From Alkanindiges sp. WGS2144 (GTDB lineage Bacteria; Pseudomonadota; Gammaproteobacteria; Pseudomonadales; Moraxellaceae): a stretch of DNA of 32,000 bases. Made by a program: the position numbers and the translations under genes. Below the pieces are notes generated by a model, which saw only the letters and a program-made list of their open reading frames with translations, was not told where the DNA came from and did not search any database. The DNA lies in assembly GCF_043950625.1 (NCBI RefSeq), contig NZ_CP171007.1; one strand, 5' to 3'. This document shows, one piece after another, positions 1 to 7,807 of the stretch. The first letter of the stretch is position 1. The number at the start of each line of letters is the position of its first letter.

Positions 1-558
1 CGCACTATCAACTGGTCGTATCCCAGGCGTAACCAGCAAAAAGTCTGACCCTAGCTGTTCCCGAAGCATTTTTGCCTCCTGAGCGGAACATACTACCCCG
101 TCTACTCCGCAGGTTTTGGCTAATGTCGCCAATTTGGTCACTTGCTGAGCAGCACTTACTTGAATACCCAGTTCACTCAAGTCCTGATCACTCATTGATG
201 TCAGTACAGTAACCGCGATTAAGTGTGTGTTATAATTGCCTTGCTTAAGTCGCTCAACAGTGGTTTCCATCATTTGACGGCCACCACTTGCATGTATGTT
301 CACCATCCATATACCCAGATCAGCTGCGGCTAGTACTGCCTGCGCGGTAGTATTGGGAATATCATGAAACTTAAGGTCAAGAAAAACCTCAAACTGCCGT
401 TGGTGTAAATCCTGAATAATTTGTGGGCCAAGCCGGGTAAATAGTTCCTTGCCTACTTTAAGTCGGCATAATTTTGGATCCATTTGATCAGCCAGGCTCA
501 AGGCATCATGCTGGTTATTGACATCAAGGGCAACGATAATACTCAAAATTAAATCCAA
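1..558 (-). CDS. pyrF: orotidine 5'-phosphate decarboxylase (PyrF); the 3' end runs off the window
   Basis: Manual minus-strand translation (the ORF track omits it because there is no stop in the window): (L)[92 protein letters not shown]... The IVALD and [10 protein letters not shown] motifs are typical of OMP decarboxylase. An in-frame stop lies at 562-564. Only TTG codons (558-556 or 546-544) precede the conserved IVALD, and the first ATG (483) is too late. Confidence 0.85.
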   Translation of the reverse strand, partial: MDLILSIIVALDVNNQHDALSLADQMDPKLCRLKVGKELFTRLGPQIIQDLHQRQFEVFLDLKFHDIPNTTAQAVLAAADLGIWMVNIHASGGRQMMETTVERLKQGNYNTHLIAVTVLTSMSDQDLSELGIQVSAAQQVTKLATLAKTCGVDGVVCSAQEAKMLREQLGSDFLLVTPGIRPVDSA

Positions 559-567
559 ATATCAGGC

Positions 568-595
568 AATAAAAAAGCCCATTATAATGGGCTTT
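568..595 (-). terminator. Rho-independent terminator overlapping the lapA-like stop codon
   Basis: There is a perfect 22-nt palindrome AAAGCCCATTATAATGGGCTTT at 574-595. On the minus strand it forms the stem AAGCCCAT / ATGGGCTT with a TATA loop, followed by TTTTTTATT. The TAA stop of the upstream ORF lies in the loop. Confidence 0.8.
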
Positions 596-932
596 GTGGA
601 TGAGTGGGAGTCACATCAAGCACTGTTTTTTCCTGTTGGGCCGCCATGGCCGCAGTACTAGCCGCCTGAATTTGCTGCTGGCGTAAATGTTCTATTTCTT
701 TGTTTAAGCGCTGTATTTCCCAATTACGCTGGAATACTTTAAACACAATTACTCCTAATAACAAGCCTATCACGACACCTAAAACCAGCGTTAGCAGTAG
801 CAGTAAACCAGCACGCATTTGAGGCACTTGAGTAAATAACAGATCAACTTGTAACTCGGTACTATTTTGCAGCACTAAAGCCAGTGCATAGCCAAATAGC
901 ACAATGAGTAGCACAATTAAAACGTAACGCAT
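582..932 (-). CDS. lapA: LapA-like (DUF1049-type) inner-membrane protein
   Basis: 116 aa. Two hydrophobic helices (MRYVLIVLLIVLFGYALALVL and AGLLLLLTLVLGVVIGLLLGVIVF) are followed by a coiled-coil-like tail (EIQRLNKEIEHLRQQQ). The position directly after ihfB and before pyrF matches LapA/YciS-type genes. Confidence 0.6.
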   Translation of the reverse strand: MRYVLIVLLIVLFGYALALVLQNSTELQVDLLFTQVPQMRAGLLLLLTLVLGVVIGLLLGVIVFKVFQRNWEIQRLNKEIEHLRQQQIQAASTAAMAAQQEKTVLDVTPTHPQSPL

Positions 933-968
933 CGCGTTCTCCAGTTCCTTTTGAATACTTTTTATCGT

Positions 969-1277
969 TTATTTTGCGTTGACCGCTTCATTTACTGCAT
1001 CACGCAAAGCTTTGCCCGGCTTGAAATGCGGTACTGCCTTGGCAGCGACTTTAACTGAATCACCAGTTTTGGGATTACGGCCAACACGTGGCTCCCGATG
1101 GTGTAGTGCAAAGCTACCAAAGCCGCGAATTTCAATCCGGTTATTGGTGGCCAGTGTACTAATCATTTGGTCAAGAATAGTTTTTACTGCATCTTCAACA
1201 ATATTTTCAGAAATATTAGTTTGCTTACCAGCAATTCGTTCTATCAAGTCAGATTTATTCAGTGCATTGTTTGTCAT
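969..1277 (-). CDS. ihfB: integration host factor subunit beta
   Basis: 102 aa. The sequence has the HU/IHF fold signature ...[50 protein letters not shown], and the gene sits downstream of rpsA. Confidence 0.95.
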   Translation of the reverse strand: MTNNALNKSDLIERIAGKQTNISENIVEDAVKTILDQMISTLATNNRIEIRGFGSFALHHREPRVGRNPKTGDSVKVAAKAVPHFKPGKALRDAVNEAVNAK

Positions 1278-1329
1278 GATTAATCCCTCACAAATTCAGA
1301 TAGTTAATCATAACAGCTTTTTATATTAG

Positions 1330-1364
1330 TTCGGTAGCACGAGTTTTATTACTGTGCTACCGAA
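1330..1364. terminator. 11-bp hairpin between rpsA and ihfB (possible rpsA terminator or attenuator)
   Basis: TTCGGTAGCAC (1330-1340) pairs perfectly with GTGCTACCGAA (1354-1364) around a 13-nt loop. The T-run (TGCAACTTTTTATT) follows the stem only on the plus strand, where there is no gene. On the minus strand the stem is followed by CTAATATAAAAAG, so its function is uncertain. Confidence 0.35.
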
Positions 1365-1405
1365 TGCAACTTTTTATTAAGACAGTGCTTAATAAAAGTC
1401 GGGAC

Positions 1406-3088
1406 TTACTTCATTTGTGCCTTGATCAGGTCACCAATGGTTTTAGGACCAGCATCCTGAGCATTTGTAGCAGTGTTAGTGCTACGCAGGTTATTAATCG
1501 CTTCACGCTCTTCTGCTTCATCTTTTGCCTTGATAGACAGGTTGATGGTGCGGGATTTGCGATCAACGTTAATGATCTTGGCTTCAATTTCCTGACCGAC
1601 AGTCAAATGCTTGGTCGCATCTTCAACACGGTCACGATTGATTTCAGAGGCTTTTAAAGTACCTTCGATATCATCAGCCAGTTTTACAGTAGCGCCACGG
1701 GCGTCAACTTCAGTCACAGTGCCTTTAACCAGCGCACCACGCTCATTCCTAGACAGATAGTCATTGAATGGGTCGTTGTTCAACTGTTTGATACCCAGGC
1801 TGATGCGGTTACCCTCTGCATCAACAGACAGGATAACGGCTTCAACAGTATCACCTTTCCTGTAACGACGGATGGCTTCTTCACCCTGTTCATTCCAGGA
1901 AATATCAGACAGGTGAACCAGTCCATCAATACCACCAGGCAGACCAATGAAGATACCAAAGTCAGTGATTGACTTGATCGTACCAGACACTTTCTCGCCT
2001 TTTTCGTGGTTTTTGGCAAACTCTTCCCATGGGTTAGCACGGGTTTGTTTGATGCCCAGAGAAATACGACGACGTTCTTCGTCCACTTCCAGAACCATTA
2101 CATCCACTTCATCACCAATCTGAACTACTTTGGAAGGATGAATGTTTTTGTTGGTGTGATCCATTTCAGATACGTGTACCAGACCTTCAACGCCTTCAGC
2201 GATTTCAGCAAAACAGCCGTAGTCAGTCAGGTTGGTTACACGTGCCTTAACGATAGAACCTTTAGGATAACGGCTCATGATTTCTAACCATGGGTCAGAA
2301 CCAAGCTGTTTTAAGCCTAAAGATACGCGGTTACGCTCACGGTCAAACTTCAGGACTTTAACAGTGACTTCCTGGCCTACTTCAACCACTTCTGATGGGT
2401 GCTTGATGCGTTTCCAAGCCATATCAGTGATGTGCAACAGACCATCAATACCACCCAGGTCTACGAATGCACCGTAATCGGTCAGGTTTTTGATTACACC
2501 AGTAACCACTTGACCTTCTTCCAACTGACCCAGCAGCGCTTCACGCTCTGCAGAGCTTTCAGCTTCCATTACCGCACGACGGCTTACCACAACGTTGTTG
2601 CGCTTGGCATCAAGTTTAATCACTTTAAACTCGAGGTCCTTGCCTTCTAAATGCGTGGTGTCACGGATAGGACGGGTGTCTACCAGAGAACCTGGCAGGA
2701 ACGCACGTACTGGGCCGATGTCCACAGTGAAGCCGCCTTTAACCTTACCGGAAATAACACCAGTAACGATTTCGCCATCTTCAAAGATTTTTTCAAGTTT
2801 AGTCCAGGTTTCAGCACGCTTGGCTTTTTCGCGTGACAGTACAGTTTGACCCATACCGTTGTCTAACGCTTCAACAACAACGTCAACAGTGTCGCCAACA
2901 GCAACTTCCAGTTCACGCTGATCGTTTAAAAACTCTGAACGAGGCACAACACCTTCAGATTTAAGACCGGTATCAACTGTTACCCAGTCGCTATCGATGT
3001 TTACTACAGTGCCTTGGATCACTGCGCCTTTTTCGACGTCAAGATTTAATTGGCTTTCTTCAAATAAGGCGGCAAAAGATTCCGTCAT
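1406..3088 (-). CDS. rpsA: 30S ribosomal protein S1
   Basis: 560 aa with six S1 repeats. The N-terminus [12 protein letters not shown]...GTVV..D.D.V.VD.GLKSEG is typical of the family. An AAGG Shine-Dalgarno lies 7 nt upstream of the ATG. Confidence 0.97.
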   Translation of the reverse strand: MTESFAALFEESQLNLDVEKGAVIQGTVVNIDSDWVTVDTGLKSEGVVPRSEFLNDQRELEVAVGDTVDVVVEALDNGMGQTVLSREKAKRAETWTKLEKIFEDGEIVTGVISGKVKGGFTVDIGPVRAFLPGSLVDTRPIRDTTHLEGKDLEFKVIKLDAKRNNVVVSRRAVMEAESSAEREALLGQLEEGQVVTGVIKNLTDYGAFVDLGGIDGLLHITDMAWKRIKHPSEVVEVGQEVTVKVLKFDRERNRVSLGLKQLGSDPWLEIMSRYPKGSIVKARVTNLTDYGCFAEIAEGVEGLVHVSEMDHTNKNIHPSKVVQIGDEVDVMVLEVDEERRRISLGIKQTRANPWEEFAKNHEKGEKVSGTIKSITDFGIFIGLPGGIDGLVHLSDISWNEQGEEAIRRYRKGDTVEAVILSVDAEGNRISLGIKQLNNDPFNDYLSRNERGALVKGTVTEVDARGATVKLADDIEGTLKASEINRDRVEDATKHLTVGQEIEAKIINVDRKSRTINLSIKAKDEAEEREAINNLRSTNTATNAQDAGPKTIGDLIKAQMK

Positions 3089-3263
3089 GGTATACCTTGT
3101 TGGTTAATGAAGCCGCCCTGGATCAGTCAGGTACGGGATTAAGTGAGATAACAGGCAATGATCCTAATCTGATCGATCAATGCAGTCATCATAAAAATAC
3201 AAGTTTAGCGAACAGCTAAAAACTTTAATTACTACTACAGATACCCAGATAAGCTGCTGTTAC

Positions 3264-3944
3264 CTAACGCCGGGAATCAACAAAGTTGATCAGGCGCGTT
3301 AGCACTTGATCAATACTCAAATCCGAGCTATCTATAACAAAAGCATCGTGCGCCGGTTTTAAAGGTGCAATCGTACGCTCCATATCGCGCTTATCGCGTG
3401 CCTGTAGGTCGGCTAAAATGGCATCAATTTTAGCATTAACCCCCATGCCCTGCAACTGTTTTAGGCGGCGTGCTGCGCGTGCCTCAGCACTAGCGGTTAA
3501 GTATACTTTGGCAGGTGCCTCTGGAAATACGACTGTACCCATATCCCGCCCATCAGCTACCAGGCCGGGAGCCTTGGCAAAGTCACGCTGCCGCTTAAAC
3601 AGAGCTTCGCGCAGGCTGGGAATCACCGCGACAGTAGAAGCCAGCTTGCCAACTTCTTCAGTCCGGATTTTCTCAGTTACATCCTGACCGTTAAGGAGTA
3701 TTTGTGTAGCACTATTACTGTTGGTAAGAAACTGAATATCCAGATTGCTGGCCAGTTGTTCAAGACGGGGCAAATTCAGTGGTTCAGTGAGTAATTGGGC
3801 CTGCTGAGCAGCAAATCCCAATAAACGGTACAAGGCGCCGGAGTCAAGAAAGTGATAGCCATAATGCTGGGCCATTTTGCTGGCGAGAGTACCTTTGCCC
3901 GACCCACTTGGGCCATCAATGGTAATTACAAAAACAGGCATCAT
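3264..3944 (-). CDS. cmk: cytidylate kinase
   Basis: 226 aa with the P-loop [13 protein letters not shown], followed by LDSGALYR. The conserved cmk-rpsA gene order is present. Confidence 0.95.
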   Translation of the reverse strand: MMPVFVITIDGPSGSGKGTLASKMAQHYGYHFLDSGALYRLLGFAAQQAQLLTEPLNLPRLEQLASNLDIQFLTNSNSATQILLNGQDVTEKIRTEEVGKLASTVAVIPSLREALFKRQRDFAKAPGLVADGRDMGTVVFPEAPAKVYLTASAEARAARRLKQLQGMGVNAKIDAILADLQARDKRDMERTIAPLKPAHDAFVIDSSDLSIDQVLTRLINFVDSRR

Positions 3945-3950
3945 ATTCTC

Positions 3951-4379
3951 TTATAATTGTCGGGCAACTTTTGCTAGACCAATAGCAAGCGCTACTTTTA
4001 AACCTGCCAGAGCAGGCAATGATATTAGTGGTAACTTAGCAATTAACTCTATTTCATAAGTTAATAATGTACCACTTTCGATAGAGGCAAATTTTAAGCG
4101 ACCAATGTGATGCTTAATAAGCGGATTATTGATGAGTTGATATTCAATCAACTGGTTTGGTTCCAGAGCGGTAATCTGCTCCTTGATCGGCTTAACCGGG
4201 CCAAAACCCATTTCACGAATTGAACCTACCCCATCAGGTTTCTGTGGTTCAGCAGCGTCTTTAATACGCTCTACCTGTAATGGCCAAAATGCCTTGTTAT
4301 AAATGCTATGTTTGGCAAATGCTGCAAATACCTGCTCTGGTTTTTGTTTAAACTTCTGCTGAACCGTAATTTTGGTCAT
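3951..4379 (-). CDS. SRPBCC (START / polyketide-cyclase-like) family protein
   Basis: 142 aa. It has the pattern typical of small SRPBCC proteins (N-terminal beta strand, the phrase PEQVFAAFAKHS, and a long C-terminal helix). It ends 6 nt upstream of cmk. The family assignment is by eye only. Confidence 0.5.
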   Translation of the reverse strand: MTKITVQQKFKQKPEQVFAAFAKHSIYNKAFWPLQVERIKDAAEPQKPDGVGSIREMGFGPVKPIKEQITALEPNQLIEYQLINNPLIKHHIGRLKFASIESGTLLTYEIELIAKLPLISLPALAGLKVALAIGLAKVARQL

Positions 4380-4435
4380 AATTCAAAGTACCAGTTAAAA
4401 AATTGGCTTAGCCTAGCATGTTTTTTATCAATGAT

Positions 4436-4522
4436 TTGAGACTTTATCCGTGTTTTAAAACAGTTGTTTACAATTTTAAAGGCAATAGTATAGTCAATGT
4501 TCAACTCACGGATAAATCTCAA
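4436..4522. repeat. 17/16-nt inverted repeat with a 54-nt AT-rich spacer
   Basis: TTGAGACTTTATCCGTG (4436-4452) matches the reverse complement of CACGGATAAATCTCAA (4507-4522), which is TTGAGATTTATCCGTG. The match is perfect apart from one bulged C. The repeat lies just downstream of the stop of the 4534-5538 gene. Confidence 0.6.
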
Positions 4523-4533
4523 AGAATATAAAG

Positions 4534-5538
4534 TTACTGGACTTTACCCTGAACCAGTTGCTGGTTTAGCGTGTCCAATACTGTTTTATATAAATCCCTG
4601 TCTTTTACTTTCTTGCCAGCCAGTGTTTGTGCCTGCTGGTTAAAGTAAGAATAATGCGCTTTTTCATCCTTTCCTGTCTGCTTTAGCGCCAAAACTTCAT
4701 TTTGTGCAAAAGCCTCTGCCCAGGCTTGACGCACCTGCTGCCAGTAAGCCTGATTATTTTTCCAGTACTCATCCGCCGGTTTAAAATCAAAATCCTGTAC
4801 TTTGGTATACTGATTCAAACCCAGCTCGCGTGCCAATGGCTGATGGGTTTTTTGGTCATACTTGATATTGTCCTGCTCATGCACCCATCCGTTGGGTGTC
4901 AATACCTGGCGATTAATGCCAACAATTACATCATAATCCGAGCGGACAGTGTGCTCACGACGCGGTAAAGGGCGCATGGTTTCATTGGAAGTCCAGGCAA
5001 CTACACCCTTATTTTTCTCCCATTGACCGTAGCCTGCATAGCGTGGGCTGTCGTCAATTTGCCACACGGTTTGTAGCCATTTTTCGGCAACCTGTGATGG
5101 TTCAAGATTAATCTTTTTCCAGCTATAACCGCCGTTGTATACCCAGGATTGAGGCTGTTCGTACTCCCAGTCCTGACGCCAATGTTTAACCACTTGCCCC
5201 CCTTCAGTGACCAAAATATGTTGCAGCACAATTTTTTTTGGGGTGTCTTCAATTACCCTGACTGTTTCATAGCCACTGGAGTTGTCATTATCATGCAGCT
5301 TATAACCGGGCTTTAGCGCAAATAATTCCTCAAAACGAAAATCGACCTTGTAATCCCCCGCCATGGCCAAAATTGCTTTGCGCGCCTCTGCCTGATCCAG
5401 CACAGTAGCCAGTTTTGTTATCTGAACCAATGGCTGTTGTTGTTCCGGTTCGTGTGCTTGTGTACTCATACTGGCAAAAGTCACTCCAAGAACCAGTCCC
5501 GTTATTGCAAAAAAATGTGCTTGCATCATTTCTCTCAC
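4534..5538 (-). CDS. secreted Trp-rich protein of unknown function (signal peptide)
   Basis: 334 aa. The signal peptide is ...AHFFAITGLVLGVTFASMSTQA|HEPEQQ. The protein has 12 Trp and a helical C-terminal third. The codon at 5538 is GTG. The ATGs at 5529 and 5526, preceded by GAGAGA, are alternative starts. I recognise no catalytic motif. Confidence 0.7.
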   Translation of the reverse strand: MREMMQAHFFAITGLVLGVTFASMSTQAHEPEQQQPLVQITKLATVLDQAEARKAILAMAGDYKVDFRFEELFALKPGYKLHDNDNSSGYETVRVIEDTPKKIVLQHILVTEGGQVVKHWRQDWEYEQPQSWVYNGGYSWKKINLEPSQVAEKWLQTVWQIDDSPRYAGYGQWEKNKGVVAWTSNETMRPLPRREHTVRSDYDVIVGINRQVLTPNGWVHEQDNIKYDQKTHQPLARELGLNQYTKVQDFDFKPADEYWKNNQAYWQQVRQAWAEAFAQNEVLALKQTGKDEKAHYSYFNQQAQTLAGKKVKDRDLYKTVLDTLNQQLVQGKVQ

Positions 5539-5638
5539 TCAAATTATTAAAACTTCATACGGCTTCTTGAGCTGCATAAAGCGTAGGTTATGTAGAAAAA
5601 ACAGACAGTAAGTAACTATCATAATTATTATTGTAAAT

Positions 5639-5680
5639 ACAAATGAAAACTATTACCATTACCAAATGATAAATATTAAC
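5639..5680. promoter_or_regulatory. two Fur-box-like direct repeats in the divergent control region
   Basis: aCAAATGAAAACTATTACC (5639-5657) and cCAAATGATAAATATTAAC (5662-5680) match each other at 15 of 18 positions. They match the 19-bp Fur consensus GATAATGATAATCATTATC at 12/19 and 13/19 by hand alignment. They lie between two divergent exported-protein genes. Confidence 0.4.
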
Positions 5681-5689
5681 TATTAGGTC

Positions 5690-7762
5690 ATGATGAAAGT
5701 GAGATGTTCTGTTTTTTTTCTGCCTTGTAAAAATGCTGGTCATCAGCAGGGTCTCTTTAAAAAAAACCTGCTGATGATGGCAATGCTGGGGGGCGTCAAT
5801 CTGGTCACTACTCAGGTATTTGCCAATGAGTTTTCTTATAATCATGCCTCTACAGCAGCTCAACACCTGCCCACCATTGTAGTGACTGCTACCCGTAGTG
5901 AAAAATTGCTGAGTGAAAGCCCGATTCGCACTGAAGTGGTAGATGCAGAAGAAATCAAAAAAACCAATGCGCGCAGTTTAAAAGATGCTCTGGAAAATGT
6001 TTCCGGCCTGCAGTTACGGGAAATTCATGGAAAATCTGGCTATGAACTCTCCCTGCAAGGTCTAAGTAGCGATCAGGTACTGGTATTAATTGATGGCTTG
6101 CCTTTGGCCGCTAGCACCAGCTCCACTGTGGACTTGTCACAATATTTATTAAGCAATATTGAGCGTATTGAAGTGATCAAAGGGGCTGCTTCTGCCCAAT
6201 ACGGCAGCGCTGCCATGGGTGGCGTGATTAATATTATTACCAAAAAAATCAATGATGGCCTAAACCTACAAACCCAAATTGATATAGGCAGTTATGGTCA
6301 ACAAAATGCCTCCGGACGCTCATTTCGTGCTAATGACCGCCATGCTCAGGCCAGTATCGAAGGAGGTTTAGCGCAACTGCGTGGCCGCTTGACACTGGAT
6401 AAATTTGACAGTGATGGCTTTGCCGTTGAGCCAGAGCAATTTGCCCGGCAAGGTGACCAGCAAAAACGAGAACAATACACGGCTTATGCCGCCTGGAATC
6501 CACTACAACAAATGCAGCTCTGGGCTGAGTTCAACCAGTATCAGGAAAAAGATCAGCAGCGGGTACTTAACTTTGTCCCGCCATATTATCAGCAGCAACG
6601 TAAAACTGAAGACATTGAACGCAATCGCTTAAGTGCAGGTGCTCATTATTTGTCGGCTCAAGGCTTGCGCTCTGAAATAAAAGCAGTGCATGAAAAATAT
6701 GACAGTCGCTCTGTGTTGCGGGTTGGTGGCTACGATGCAGGGAACCGCGCCTCCAGTCAGGAAAATAATCATGTTAGCACGCAGTTTGATTTACCGCGCT
6801 GGAATAATCAGCTGTGGCAGTTAGGGCTGGACTGGCGTGAAGAAAGCCTGGCTCAGTACAACCAGGGTAAAGCAGAGCTAACATCTGACACTATTCGTCA
6901 TCAGCGTCAGGAAGCCTATCTACAAAATGATGTATTGTTTACTAATAAGCTTGAGGCCATATTTGGTCTGCGCTATCAGGAGGACGATGATTTTGGTGGC
7001 CACAGCGCGGCCAAAGCCAGCTTAAAGTACCAGTTATTAGATAGCCCGGATCAGCAATTAAATCTCCGCGCCAGTTTTGGTCAGGGTTACCGGGTGCCTA
7101 ACCTAAAAGAGCGTTTTTATGTCTTTGATCATAGCCAGCTGGGTTATATGGTGCTGGGCAATCCCCATTTACGTCCTGAGTCCTCAGACAGTTACCAACT
7201 TGGCTTTAATTTATTGTTAGGCGATGCGTGGACTATTGAAAGCAATATTTTTCGTAATAATGTTCAGGACTTAATCCAGACTGATTTTGATAACACCCGA
7301 ATTATTAATGGTATTACCCAATATACCTATAACAACGTGGCACGTGCGCAAACACAGGGTATAGAAAATACGGTGAACTGGCAGGCGACTGATGCCGTTC
7401 GTTTCAATGCTGCCTACACCTATACCCAGGCCAGGAATCAATCCACGGGTTTGTATATTACCCAGCGCCCAAAACATATTGCCCGTCTGGGCGCTGACTG
7501 GCAAGCCGATGACCAGCTTAGCTTGTCGCTGCGCGGTCGCTATCAAAGTGATGAATTCGCCGATAGTGATAACCAGCTTAAATCGCCGGCCTGGGCCACG
7601 GTCGATCTTAATATAAATTATGACTGGCTTAATGGAATCAATACTTTTGCCGGAATGAACAACATTTTTGATCAGCAGCGTGACTTTTCATCGAACCATG
7701 ATTTCGGCCCTATATTCGGCCGCTATACCTATCTTGGTTTGCGCTATCAGTGGCAACAATAG
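5690..7762 (+). CDS. TonB-dependent outer-membrane receptor (small, BtuB/HmuR-sized)
   Basis: 690 aa. It has a TonB-box/plug start (LPTIVVTATRSEK), plug motifs (LIDGLPL, IERIEVIKGAASAQYGSAAMGGVINIITK) and a C-terminal barrel ending in ...YLGLRYQWQQ. The start is ambiguous: ATG 5690 gives a 45-aa leader, while ATG 5774 gives MMAMLGGVNLVTTQVFA|NE. Confidence 0.9.
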   Translation: MMKVRCSVFFLPCKNAGHQQGLFKKNLLMMAMLGGVNLVTTQVFANEFSYNHASTAAQHLPTIVVTATRSEKLLSESPIRTEVVDAEEIKKTNARSLKDALENVSGLQLREIHGKSGYELSLQGLSSDQVLVLIDGLPLAASTSSTVDLSQYLLSNIERIEVIKGAASAQYGSAAMGGVINIITKKINDGLNLQTQIDIGSYGQQNASGRSFRANDRHAQASIEGGLAQLRGRLTLDKFDSDGFAVEPEQFARQGDQQKREQYTAYAAWNPLQQMQLWAEFNQYQEKDQQRVLNFVPPYYQQQRKTEDIERNRLSAGAHYLSAQGLRSEIKAVHEKYDSRSVLRVGGYDAGNRASSQENNHVSTQFDLPRWNNQLWQLGLDWREESLAQYNQGKAELTSDTIRHQRQEAYLQNDVLFTNKLEAIFGLRYQEDDDFGGHSAAKASLKYQLLDSPDQQLNLRASFGQGYRVPNLKERFYVFDHSQLGYMVLGNPHLRPESSDSYQLGFNLLLGDAWTIESNIFRNNVQDLIQTDFDNTRIINGITQYTYNNVARAQTQGIENTVNWQATDAVRFNAAYTYTQARNQSTGLYITQRPKHIARLGADWQADDQLSLSLRGRYQSDEFADSDNQLKSPAWATVDLNINYDWLNGINTFAGMNNIFDQQRDFSSNHDFGPIFGRYTYLGLRYQWQQ
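5740..5777 (+). promoter_or_regulatory. perfect 11-bp hairpin covering the internal ATG 5774 of the receptor gene
   Basis: TCATCAGCAGG (5740-5750) pairs perfectly with CCTGCTGATGA (5767-5777). The 16-nt loop is GTCTCTTTAAAAAAAA. ATG 5774-5776 lies inside the 3' arm. Confidence 0.55.
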
Positions 7763-7807
7763 TTTTTATCAGCCGTAACTTTAACAAAACAACCCCTGGA
7801 GTATGCG

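Noticed and set aside
979-2849. A series of 60-116-aa ORFs antisense to, or out of frame within, ihfB and rpsA (for example 979-1329, 1364-1657, 2006-2287, 2399-2650). Similar shadow ORFs occur inside msbA, parB, tatD, murU and others.
   Set aside because: Each lies wholly inside a strongly supported conserved gene. They have low-complexity or Ser/Arg/Cys-rich translations, no RBS and no recognisable motifs. They are typical shadow ORFs.
5539-5773. A cobalamin or other riboswitch upstream of the BtuB-sized receptor.
   Set aside because: The region is short and very AT-rich. It lacks a B12-box-like GCCACTG core or any multi-stem GC-rich architecture. The Fur-like repeats explain it better.
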